A DNA stretch of 43,561 nt from Planctomycetota bacterium (GTDB lineage Bacteria; Planctomycetota; PLA2; JAEUHO01), in contig JAJDEM010000264.1 in assembly GCA_029259795.1 (NCBI GenBank), positions 1-43,561 of the forward strand. The letters run 5' to 3'. The notes under the pieces are model-generated. The model saw only the letters and a program-made list of their open reading frames with translations. It ran no database searches and was not told the origin of the DNA. The position numbers and the translations under genes are program-made. Position 1 is the stretch's first letter; every line of letters begins with the position of its first letter. Shown in pieces: positions 16,480 to 23,861 of this stretch.

Positions 16480-17652
16480 ATGTTGATCGGGTTCTTCCAA
16501 GCGCTTCGCAACGCCAGGATCCCGGTCACGCTGCGTGAGTTCCTCACCCTGCTCGAGGGGTTGAAGAAGGGGCTCGCCGGCTACGACATCGAGCGCTTCT
16601 ACTACCTCTCCCGATCGTGCCTGGTGAAGGACGAGCGGTTCTTGGACCGCTTCGACCTCGTCTTCAAGAAGTCGTTCGAGGGACTCGAGTCGCTCGAGCT
16701 GGAGGTCGAGGACCTGCCGCCGGAGTGGCTGGCGAAGATCGCCGAGCGCCACTTCACGCGGGAGGAGATGGAGGCCATCCAGGCGCGCGGTGGGTTCGAG
16801 GAGCTCTTGGACGAACTGCGCAAGCGCCTCGCCGAGCAAGACGAACGCCACCAAGGTGGCAGCAAGTGGATCGGCACCCTCGGCACGTCGCCGTTTGGGG
16901 CGTACGGCTTCAACCCCGAGGGCGTTCGCATCGGACAAGACCGGTCGCGCCATCGCCGCGCGATCAAGGTCTGGGACAAGCGCGAGTTTCGCGACTTTGA
17001 CGACGAGGTCGAGCTGGGGACGCGCAACATCAAGGTCGCGCTGCGGCGCTTGCGCAAGCTCGTTCGGGACGGTCGCGACGAGGAGCTGGATCTACCCGGT
17101 ACGATCCACGCGACGGCAAACAACGCGGGCTACCTCGACCTGAAGATGCACCGTACGCGTACCAACCGCGTGAAGGTGCTCCTGTTCCTCGACGTCGGCG
17201 GCTCGATGGACGATCACGTGCGCCGGGTCGAGGAACTCTTCTCGGCCGCCCGCACCGAGTTCGAGCACCTGGAGCAGTTCTACTTCCACAACTGCCTCTA
17301 CGAGCGCGTCTGGCGCGACAACCGTGCGCGGTGGGAGGAGACCGTTCCTACGTTCGACGTCATGCGCACGTACGGGGAAGACTATCGCGTCATCATCGTC
17401 GGCGATGCCAGCATGGGGCCGTACGAGGTGACGGAGCCCGGCGGTTCCGTCGAGCACTGGAACGAGGAGTCGGGCGCCACCTGGATGCGTCGTGTGCTCG
17501 GCCGCTGGCCCAAGGCCATCTGGCTGAACCCCGTTCCGCGGGCCTGGTGGCATCACACCCACTCCATCCGCCAGGTGAACAGCCTCATGGAGGGGCGCAT
17601 GTTCCCACTGACCCTCGAGGGACTCGACGCGGGACTCCGCGAGCTGCGCTAG
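16480..17652 (+). CDS. CoxE-like VWA-domain protein (MoxR partner)
   Basis: Starts 14 nt after the AAA+ gene. N-terminal helical region FFQALRNARIPVTLREFLTLLEGL. The C-terminal VWA fold has LFLDVGGSMDDH at the MIDAS position. Confidence 0.88.
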   Translation: MLIGFFQALRNARIPVTLREFLTLLEGLKKGLAGYDIERFYYLSRSCLVKDERFLDRFDLVFKKSFEGLESLELEVEDLPPEWLAKIAERHFTREEMEAIQARGGFEELLDELRKRLAEQDERHQGGSKWIGTLGTSPFGAYGFNPEGVRIGQDRSRHRRAIKVWDKREFRDFDDEVELGTRNIKVALRRLRKLVRDGRDEELDLPGTIHATANNAGYLDLKMHRTRTNRVKVLLFLDVGGSMDDHVRRVEELFSAARTEFEHLEQFYFHNCLYERVWRDNRARWEETVPTFDVMRTYGEDYRVIIVGDASMGPYEVTEPGGSVEHWNEESGATWMRRVLGRWPKAIWLNPVPRAWWHHTHSIRQVNSLMEGRMFPLTLEGLDAGLRELR

Positions 17653-18974
17653 TCGACCGTCGGCGGCGGGGTGGCGGCGCAGCCGCCACCCTCGGCAGCA
17701 CAGCCGGCTGCGGAGGCGCCGTCGCACGCCGGGGCGCGGTTCCAGGGCATTTTCGCGATCACCGCCATCATCGGACAGGCGTTCGTGACGCCGGCGAAGA
17801 TGAGCCCCGCGCCGACGAAGGCCGAGAGCGCGTAGAAGATCGGCGCCACGAATGCGCCAAGTACGGCACCGAGCAAGACGAGGGCCCCCGCGACGATGCG
17901 CATCTGTCGATCCAGCGCGATGGCACCGGAGCCCTTGATGGTCTCTCCGCCCTGGCTCGCATAGGCCTCGAGTCCCCCCTCGACGACGGTGAGGCCCGCG
18001 ACCCCGAAGGGCGCCAGGGCCTTGCGGGCCAGCTCGGCGCGGTTGCCCGTGCGGCAGAGGAGCAAGCGCGGCGCGGGCACCGCACGAATCGCGTCGACGC
18101 GTTCCACGACCTGATCCAGGGGGATCAGGTGGGATCCGTCGATGTGCTCTGCGGCGAACTCGCCGCCGGTGCGCACGTCGATGACGCTCGCCACGCCACC
18201 GTCGCGAACGCGCGCGAGCGCTTCGGCGGCAGCCATCGTCGTGGGGATCGCCGTGCCCTTGCGGTTGAGATCGAGCAAGGCCTCCATGTTCGCGGGGCGA
18301 GGCGGCGGATTCGCCGTGAGCTTCTCGATGAAGGTCGAGCGGTCGAGCTGCAACCACGGATTGTCACGGCGCTCGGCACCAACGGTGCTGTGCTCGCGAC
18401 CCGCGTAGTCGTGGCCCGGATAGAGCAGCGTCTCGTCCGGCAGGCCGGCGAGCACGCGCTGGATCGAGTCAAAGAGTTGACCGGCGTCGCCGCCAAGGAA
18501 GTCGGTACGTGCCACGCTCCCGATGAAGACCGTGTCGCCTGTGAAGACAGCGCCTTCGGATTGCAGCACGAGGTGATCAGGGGTGTGGCCCGGCGCGTGC
18601 CGCACCTGGACGCTCTGATCACCCAAGTGCAGCGTGTCGCCGTCGGCGGGATGGCGCGTCACGCCTTCGTGCCCCGCGGCTTCGTGGGCGATGCGTGTAC
18701 TGCCAAACCGGGCGGCGAGGGCCGCGGCTCCGGACGGATGATCAGCATGCGTGTGGCTGTCGACGATGTAGGGGAGCGTCCAGCCGGCTTCGGCGACAGC
18801 CGCAGCCACCGCCTCGACAAGATCGAGATGGACATCCAGTGCCAGCGCCTGGGCGCTGATGGGGTCGGCGAGCACGTAGGTCCGGCAGCCCTGGGGATGC
18901 AGGAGGGCAAGGATGCTGAGGGGGCCTACCGAGCGCTTCGGTGTCGTGGGGCTCTGAGTCGTCGCGGTGCTCAT
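17649..18974 (-). CDS. Persulfide dioxygenase (ETHE1-type MBL fold) - rhodanese - DUF2892/YgaP-like membrane module fusion
   Basis: MBL motifs HTHADH, PGHTPDH, TGDTVF and PGHDY. Rhodanese active-site loop CRTGNR. C-terminal GAGLIFAGVTNACPMM two-helix module plus a Cys-rich tail. The track start is 18986; ATG 18974 has the better SD (GGAGAGCCCGATG). Confidence 0.9.
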   Translation of the reverse strand: MSTATTQSPTTPKRSVGPLSILALLHPQGCRTYVLADPISAQALALDVHLDLVEAVAAAVAEAGWTLPYIVDSHTHADHPSGAAALAARFGSTRIAHEAAGHEGVTRHPADGDTLHLGDQSVQVRHAPGHTPDHLVLQSEGAVFTGDTVFIGSVARTDFLGGDAGQLFDSIQRVLAGLPDETLLYPGHDYAGREHSTVGAERRDNPWLQLDRSTFIEKLTANPPPRPANMEALLDLNRKGTAIPTTMAAAEALARVRDGGVASVIDVRTGGEFAAEHIDGSHLIPLDQVVERVDAIRAVPAPRLLLCRTGNRAELARKALAPFGVAGLTVVEGGLEAYASQGGETIKGSGAIALDRQMRIVAGALVLLGAVLGAFVAPIFYALSAFVGAGLIFAGVTNACPMMAVIAKMPWNRAPACDGASAAGCAAEGGGCAATPPPTVD

Positions 18975-19008
18975 CGGGCTCTCCATTTGGTTCGTGACAA
19001 TATCTTAT

Positions 19009-19024
19009 ATGATCATATGATCAT
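19009..19024. promoter_or_regulatory. Perfect 16-bp palindrome ATGATCATATGATCAT, candidate ArsR-family operator in divergent promoter region
   Basis: Read directly. It is an AT-only island in GC-rich DNA, in the 42-bp gap between the PDO-rhodanese start (18974) and the arsR-family start (19017-19029). It overlaps -10-like TATGAT (19016-19021). It also fills the spacer of a minus-strand TGGACA-17-TAAGAT promoter-like pair. Confidence 0.5.
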
Positions 19025-19373
19025 GTCCATGAATGACGCGTCCCCGGCCACGATCCTTCCCGAAGCCCTGTTGGTAGCGGTAGCAGAGCGGTTTCGGGTG
19101 CTTGCAGCGCCCAGCCGCCTCCGCATCTTGAGCGTCTTGCTCGAGGCGCCGCTTGGCATGGGCGCCCTCGCCGCGGCCACCGGGCTCAGTCAGTCGAACC
19201 TGAGCCGCCAGGTCGCCGAGCTCGAGCGTGGAGGCTGCGTGCGCCGGATTCGTGCCGGGCGCGAAGTCCGCGTCGAGATCGCCGATCCGACGCTGGGGCC
19301 GCTCTGTGACCTCATGTGCCACACCACGCGTGACCGCGCGGCAGCCCAGCTCCGGCTGCTGGCAAGCGACTAG
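19017..19373 (+). CDS. ArsR/SmtB-family transcriptional regulator (BigR/SqrR-like context)
   Basis: wHTH RLRILSVLLEAPLGMGALAAATGLSQSNLSRQVAELERGGCVRR. It is the terminal part of track ORF 17331..19373. There are three in-frame ATGs (19017, 19023, 19029), so the start is uncertain. Confidence 0.85.
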   Translation: MIMSMNDASPATILPEALLVAVAERFRVLAAPSRLRILSVLLEAPLGMGALAAATGLSQSNLSRQVAELERGGCVRRIRAGREVRVEIADPTLGPLCDLMCHTTRDRAAAQLRLLASD

Positions 19374-19443
19374 CGGGCACACGCGCTGCACGGTCCTGCG
19401 CCTCGACTGGGCGCGTAGCCAGCCTCCGGTACCCTGCGCCGTG

Positions 19444-20751
19444 ATGCGCGGCTCTCGCTTGCTCCCCCGCCTGTTGACCTTGCCGCTCGTGGCCTGCGTT
19501 CTCCTCGGAGCTCCCGCACGCGCGCCTGCGGCGGAGCCCGCGGCGAAGACAGGCGCGAGTGATGTGGCGCATCTGCTCGACCGGGTGCTGTCGCGCGACC
19601 TGCGCTGCGAGCTGCGCTACCTACGACACCTGGGTTGGCGCTTTACGCGCGATGCGACGGTCAAGGAGGTCGTGATTGCGGCCGGCCGCCCGTGCAAGTC
19701 GCGCACGCTTGCACGTGCCCAGGCTGCCGGTGCGTTGCGCATCCTCGTGCCGGCTGACTTTGACGAGGCGGGCGCGCGCGCGCTAGGAAAGCGCCTGACC
19801 GCGATTGCCGACGGGCGGGGCTCGCGCTGTGCCTACAAGCACAAGCTCGCTCCGGCGATCCGGCGGGCGGTCGCCCGCTACGACCGCGGGGTCGAGCGAA
19901 GCCAATACGAGTTCCCCGAGCTCTTCGATCTGGTGCACTCGCCGTTCTGGGCGCTGCGCCTGCCGGAGCCTCAATGGGAGAAGCGCGGCGCGGTCTACGT
20001 CGCGACGACGAGTGCTGCCGGCGCCATGGAGGCTGTCTGGCGCCGCGGGGCCATCGTCGAGTGCTACGCCGGGCAGTGGATGGGGGTGTTCGGCACCCAG
20101 TACGAGCTCTACGGCCGAGAGGCGTTCGATGAAGCCTTCGCGCCCGGCGACCTGGTCCTCGGCGCGCCGCAGCAGATCAAGTCGGCCCCCATTGGCAGCC
20201 TGACGAAGGGGCGCGGCCCCTACGACTGGCGCGGCCTCCTCATCCCCCGCGCCGATCAGGGCAAGGATCCGATCCTCGCCCTGGCCCCGCACGGCCCCAT
20301 GGCCTTCGTCGGGTTGACGGGCATCATGCGCAATCAGGACGGCGGCGACGCGACAAACGAGAACTTCCTCGTAGCGGGCATGTCGCCCGCCGCGCTCAAG
20401 CAGCTCGTGGCCGGCGGGGGCTTCGCGTTCCTTGGCCGCGAGACGCAGAAGGTCTGGGAGCACGTCAACGCGTGCTCCGGGTTCTTGCGTCTCGGGAGCC
20501 CGACGGGGGCGCACGCGCAGGCGATCGATCGCATTCTCGCGCAGCCGGCCTTCTCCGAGGTCTTCGTCTACGGCCACCCGCACGGCATCGTCACGTTCGA
20601 GTTCCTGACGCGGAAGATGTTCCAAACGTCGTCGAGCCCGGTGGAGTTCCTCTTCTATCTCCACGGTCGGGAGGACTTCCTCTACCGCCGCTACCACCGC
20701 GTCTGGAAGGCGCGCTGCGCGCGCGGCCTGGCCGACACCTCCGTTCGCTAG
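19444..20751 (+). CDS. Secreted hypothetical protein (435 aa), no family recognised
   Basis: Track ORF 19228. ATG 19444 gives signal peptide MRGSRLLPRLLTLPLVACVLLGAPARAPAAEP. The composition is coding-like. The antisense ORF 19783..20697 is Arg-rich and rejected. Confidence 0.75.
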   Translation: MRGSRLLPRLLTLPLVACVLLGAPARAPAAEPAAKTGASDVAHLLDRVLSRDLRCELRYLRHLGWRFTRDATVKEVVIAAGRPCKSRTLARAQAAGALRILVPADFDEAGARALGKRLTAIADGRGSRCAYKHKLAPAIRRAVARYDRGVERSQYEFPELFDLVHSPFWALRLPEPQWEKRGAVYVATTSAAGAMEAVWRRGAIVECYAGQWMGVFGTQYELYGREAFDEAFAPGDLVLGAPQQIKSAPIGSLTKGRGPYDWRGLLIPRADQGKDPILALAPHGPMAFVGLTGIMRNQDGGDATNENFLVAGMSPAALKQLVAGGGFAFLGRETQKVWEHVNACSGFLRLGSPTGAHAQAIDRILAQPAFSEVFVYGHPHGIVTFEFLTRKMFQTSSSPVEFLFYLHGREDFLYRRYHRVWKARCARGLADTSVR

Positions 20752-20800
20752 AACGTAGCGATCGCCCGGAAAGGCCTTGCTTCTGGGGCGTTATGCTTTG

Positions 20801-20816
20801 ATGATTCTCGAATCAT
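20801..20816. promoter_or_regulatory. Inverted repeat ATGATTC-TC-GAATCAT, candidate operator overlapping arsRC start codon
   Basis: Read directly as a 7-2-7 inverted repeat whose right arm contains the ATG at 20815. The outer five bases of each arm (ATGAT...ATCAT) match the 19009-19024 palindrome. Confidence 0.45.
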
Positions 20817-21603
20817 GGAAATGACCGATGCCGCAGGAGCGCTCGCCGCGCTGGCCCAGGAGGACCGTCTGGCCGCCTTTCGCCTGCTCGTGCGCGTCGG
20901 CGCCCAGGGGTTGGCGGCGGGCGCGATTGCCGCCGAGCTGGGCATCCCGTCGCCGACGCTGAGCTTCCACCTGCAGCAGCTGACGGCGGCCGGGCTGCTC
21001 ACCCGGCGCCGCGACGGACGCCGGCGCATCTACGCCGTCGACCCCGCGGCGACCCGCGGCCTGCTTTCCTACCTCGGTGAGGACTGCTGCCAGGGCCGCA
21101 AGGACCTCTGCGCCACGGCAGGTCCCGGCGCGCGTACGCGTTTCGAGGGCCTGCGGGCCACCCAGGCGCGACCGACCGTGCTCTTTCTCTGCTCGGGGGG
21201 CTCGGCGCGCAGCGTCATGGGCGAGGCGCTGATGCGCTGGAACGCCGGCCGCCGGTTCGATGTCTACAGCGCGGGCATCCGGCCGACGGGGGTCCATCCG
21301 CTCGCCCGTCAGGTCCTCGAGGAGATCGGCGTGGCCACCAGCGCGCTGGGCTCCACCGACCTGGGAGCCCTGCTCGGACGCGTCGGCATCGATCACGCCA
21401 TCGTCGTCTGTGGCGGCGCCGAGGAGGCCTGCAAGTCGATCCTGCCGTTCGCCCGGCAGCGCGCCTACTGGCCGATCGAGGATCCGGCCGCAGCGGGGAG
21501 AAGCGACGCGGATGCGCTGCGGGCGTTCCGCTCGGCACGCGACGATCTCGACGAACGAATCCGCGCTTGGTTGCGCGGCGGTCTGCTCACGGAGCGCGCC
21601 TGA
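20815..21603 (+). CDS. arsRC: ArsR repressor fused to LMW-PTP-type (thioredoxin-coupled) arsenate reductase ArsC
   Basis: The N-terminal wHTH (AAELGIPSPTLSFHLQQLTAAGLL) is followed by CC-x6-C (C91, C92, C99). After a ~30-aa linker comes the P-loop LFLCSGGSARS (CX5R) and VVCGGAEEAC (Cys-x6-Cys). Confidence 0.88.
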   Translation: MEMTDAAGALAALAQEDRLAAFRLLVRVGAQGLAAGAIAAELGIPSPTLSFHLQQLTAAGLLTRRRDGRRRIYAVDPAATRGLLSYLGEDCCQGRKDLCATAGPGARTRFEGLRATQARPTVLFLCSGGSARSVMGEALMRWNAGRRFDVYSAGIRPTGVHPLARQVLEEIGVATSALGSTDLGALLGRVGIDHAIVVCGGAEEACKSILPFARQRAYWPIEDPAAAGRSDADALRAFRSARDDLDERIRAWLRGGLLTERA

Positions 21604-21604
21604 G

Positions 21605-22612
21605 ATGCGCGTGGGTATCAACGGCTTCGGGCGCATGGGGCGCCTCGTGCTGCGCGCGCTCTGGCCGTCGCGTGAGCTGGAGGTCGTTGCCATCAACGAG
21701 CCGAACGGGTCGGCGGAGGTGATGGCGACGCTGCTGCAGTTCGACTCGGTGCAGGGGACCTGGCCCAACGAGTGTGGCGGTGCGCCGGACGCCCTCCACA
21801 TCGGAGGCGTGGCGTTGGCCTACACGCGCTTCGAGCGTCCCGCCGACATCCCCTGGCGTGAGCTCGGGGTCGAACTCGTGCTCGAGTGCAGCGGACAGTT
21901 CCGCACGCTGGCGTCGCTGGAGCCGCACTTCGAGCAAGGCGCGCGTCGCGTCGTCGTCAGTGCACCGGTCAAGGAGGGGGCCCCGAACATCGTCGTGGGT
22001 GTGAACGACGGCGCCTTCGACTTGGCGACGGAGCGCGTGGTCACGGCGGCCTCGTGCACGACGAACTGCCTTGCCCCGGTCGTCCGCGTCTTGCACGACG
22101 CGATCGGCATCGAGCGCGGCACGGTGACGACGATTCACGACCCGACGAATACGCAGGTCGTGGTCGACCGCTGGCACGCCGATGCGCGGCGAGGCCGTGC
22201 CGCGCAAACCAATCTCATTCCCACGAGTTCGAACTCTGCCTACGCCGTAGGTCTTGTCGTCCCAGAGCTGGCCGGCAAGTTGGACAGCATGGCCGTCCGT
22301 GTACCCGTGCTCAACGCGTCGATCACCGACTGTGCGCTCCACATGGTGCGCGAGACGACGGCCGAAGAGGTCAACGGCGTGTTGGAGAGCGCCTCGACGG
22401 GCTCGCTCGCGGGTGTGCTTGGGTTCGAGCGCCGGCCGCTTGTGTCGTCTGATTATGCGGGCGACCCGCGGAGTGGCGTCGTCGACGCGCTGAGCACGAA
22501 GGTCGTCGATGGGCGACTCGTCAAGCTCATCGTTTGGTACGACAACGAGTGGGGCTACGTCAATCGCCTCGCCGAGTTGACCGCGATGGTCGCTGCTGCT
22601 GCCGATGCCTGA
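21605..22612 (+). CDS. gap: Glyceraldehyde-3-phosphate dehydrogenase (ars-operon type)
   Basis: MRVGINGFGRMGR, catalytic SCTTNCLAP and WYDNEWGY. It starts 1 nt after the arsRC stop and overlaps the next gene by 8 nt. Confidence 0.93.
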   Translation: MRVGINGFGRMGRLVLRALWPSRELEVVAINEPNGSAEVMATLLQFDSVQGTWPNECGGAPDALHIGGVALAYTRFERPADIPWRELGVELVLECSGQFRTLASLEPHFEQGARRVVVSAPVKEGAPNIVVGVNDGAFDLATERVVTAASCTTNCLAPVVRVLHDAIGIERGTVTTIHDPTNTQVVVDRWHADARRGRAAQTNLIPTSSNSAYAVGLVVPELAGKLDSMAVRVPVLNASITDCALHMVRETTAEEVNGVLESASTGSLAGVLGFERRPLVSSDYAGDPRSGVVDALSTKVVDGRLVKLIVWYDNEWGYVNRLAELTAMVAAAADA

Positions 22613-23861
22613 GGCCCATGTTCGCGACTATGTGATCATCACGATCACGTACTGGATGTTCACGCTCACCGACGGCGCGCTGCGCATGCTCGTGCTGTTG
22701 TTCCTGCACGCGCAGGGGCACAAGCCGCTCGAGATCGCGTCACTGTTCTTGTTCTACGAATTCTTCGGCGTCGTCACCAACTTCCTGGGTGGCTGGATCG
22801 GGCAGCGTTTCGGTCTCAAGGCGACGCTGTTCGGTGGGCTCAGCTTGCAGTTGCTCGCCCTTGGCATGCTCGCGGCGGGGGCCGAGTCTCTGACGGTCCC
22901 GCTCGTCATGGTTGCGCAGGCCTTCTCGGGAATCGCGAAAGACCTGACGAAGATGAGCGCCAAGAGCTACATCAAGCTCGTTGTGTCGGATGACGATCGC
23001 GGCGGACTCATGCGCTGGGTCTCGCTGCTCACGGGATCGAAGAACACGATCAAGGGCATCGGCTTCTTTGTGGGGGGCGCGCTGCTGGGCACGATCGGCT
23101 TCCGCTGGAGCTGCATTGCGATGGCCGTCGGGATTGCCGCCGTGTTGGTGGGGGCGTATGTGCGCCTGCCGCGCGCGGCGGGCTCGTCGAAGACGCGCGT
23201 AACGCTGCGGAGTCTCATTCCACCGGTGGGGCCGATTCGCTGGCTCTCCCTCTCGCGCCTCTTCCTGTTCGGCGCGCGGGATGTCTGGTTCGTCCTGGCG
23301 TTGCCGATCTTTCTTGGGACGACGCTGGGGTGGGCGTTTCACGAGATCGGGGGCCTGCTCGCCCTGTGGATCATCGGCTACGGCATCGTCCAGGCCAGCG
23401 CGCCTGCCTTCGTGGGCGGGCGCGGCGGGAGTGCCGGGCGCAAGCCCCCCGACGCGCGCCGCCTCGGGTGGTGGACCCTCGCCCTGGTCGTACCGCTGGC
23501 GGCGATTCTCGCGCTGCTCCAACTCGAGGTACCCGCGGCGTGGACGCTGGTCGGGGGACTCGGGCTGTTCGGTGTCGTCTTCGCGGCGAACAGCGCGATC
23601 CACAGCTACCTGATCGTCGCCTATGCCGAGGGCGACAAGGTCGCCATGCGCGTGGGCTTCTACTACATGGCCAACGCGATGGGACGGCTCGTCGGCACCG
23701 TGCTCTCGGGGGCGGTGTTTCAGTGGGCCGGGCAGGGAGCGCCGGGCCTCGCCGCGTGCCTCGCGACGTCGCTTGGCTTCGTGGTGTTGTCGTCGGGGCT
23801 CTGCATCCCCCTGGTGGGGGCGGAGCGCCGAGCGAGCGGGGTCAGGCGATCATCGCCTTGA
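22605..23861 (+). CDS. arsJ: MFS transporter ArsJ (organoarsenical / 1-arseno-3-phosphoglycerate efflux permease)
   Basis: Polytopic MFS protein. The N-terminus YVIITITYWMFTLTDGALRMLVLLFLHAQGHKPLEIASLFLFYEFFGVVTN matches my recollection of the ArsJ signature. It is translationally coupled to GAPDH, the characteristic partner. Confidence 0.85.
   Translation: MPEAHVRDYVIITITYWMFTLTDGALRMLVLLFLHAQGHKPLEIASLFLFYEFFGVVTNFLGGWIGQRFGLKATLFGGLSLQLLALGMLAAGAESLTVPLVMVAQAFSGIAKDLTKMSAKSYIKLVVSDDDRGGLMRWVSLLTGSKNTIKGIGFFVGGALLGTIGFRWSCIAMAVGIAAVLVGAYVRLPRAAGSSKTRVTLRSLIPPVGPIRWLSLSRLFLFGARDVWFVLALPIFLGTTLGWAFHEIGGLLALWIIGYGIVQASAPAFVGGRGGSAGRKPPDARRLGWWTLALVVPLAAILALLQLEVPAAWTLVGGLGLFGVVFAANSAIHSYLIVAYAEGDKVAMRVGFYYMANAMGRLVGTVLSGAVFQWAGQGAPGLAACLATSLGFVVLSSGLCIPLVGAERRASGVRRSSP

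Noticed and set aside
17092-19016. Minus ORF 17092..18357 (421 aa) and the first ~560 codons of plus ORF 17331..19373 (680 aa)
   Set aside because: These are shadows of the VWA and PDO-rhodanese genes. Only the final ~118 codons of the 680-aa ORF form an ArsR wHTH protein.
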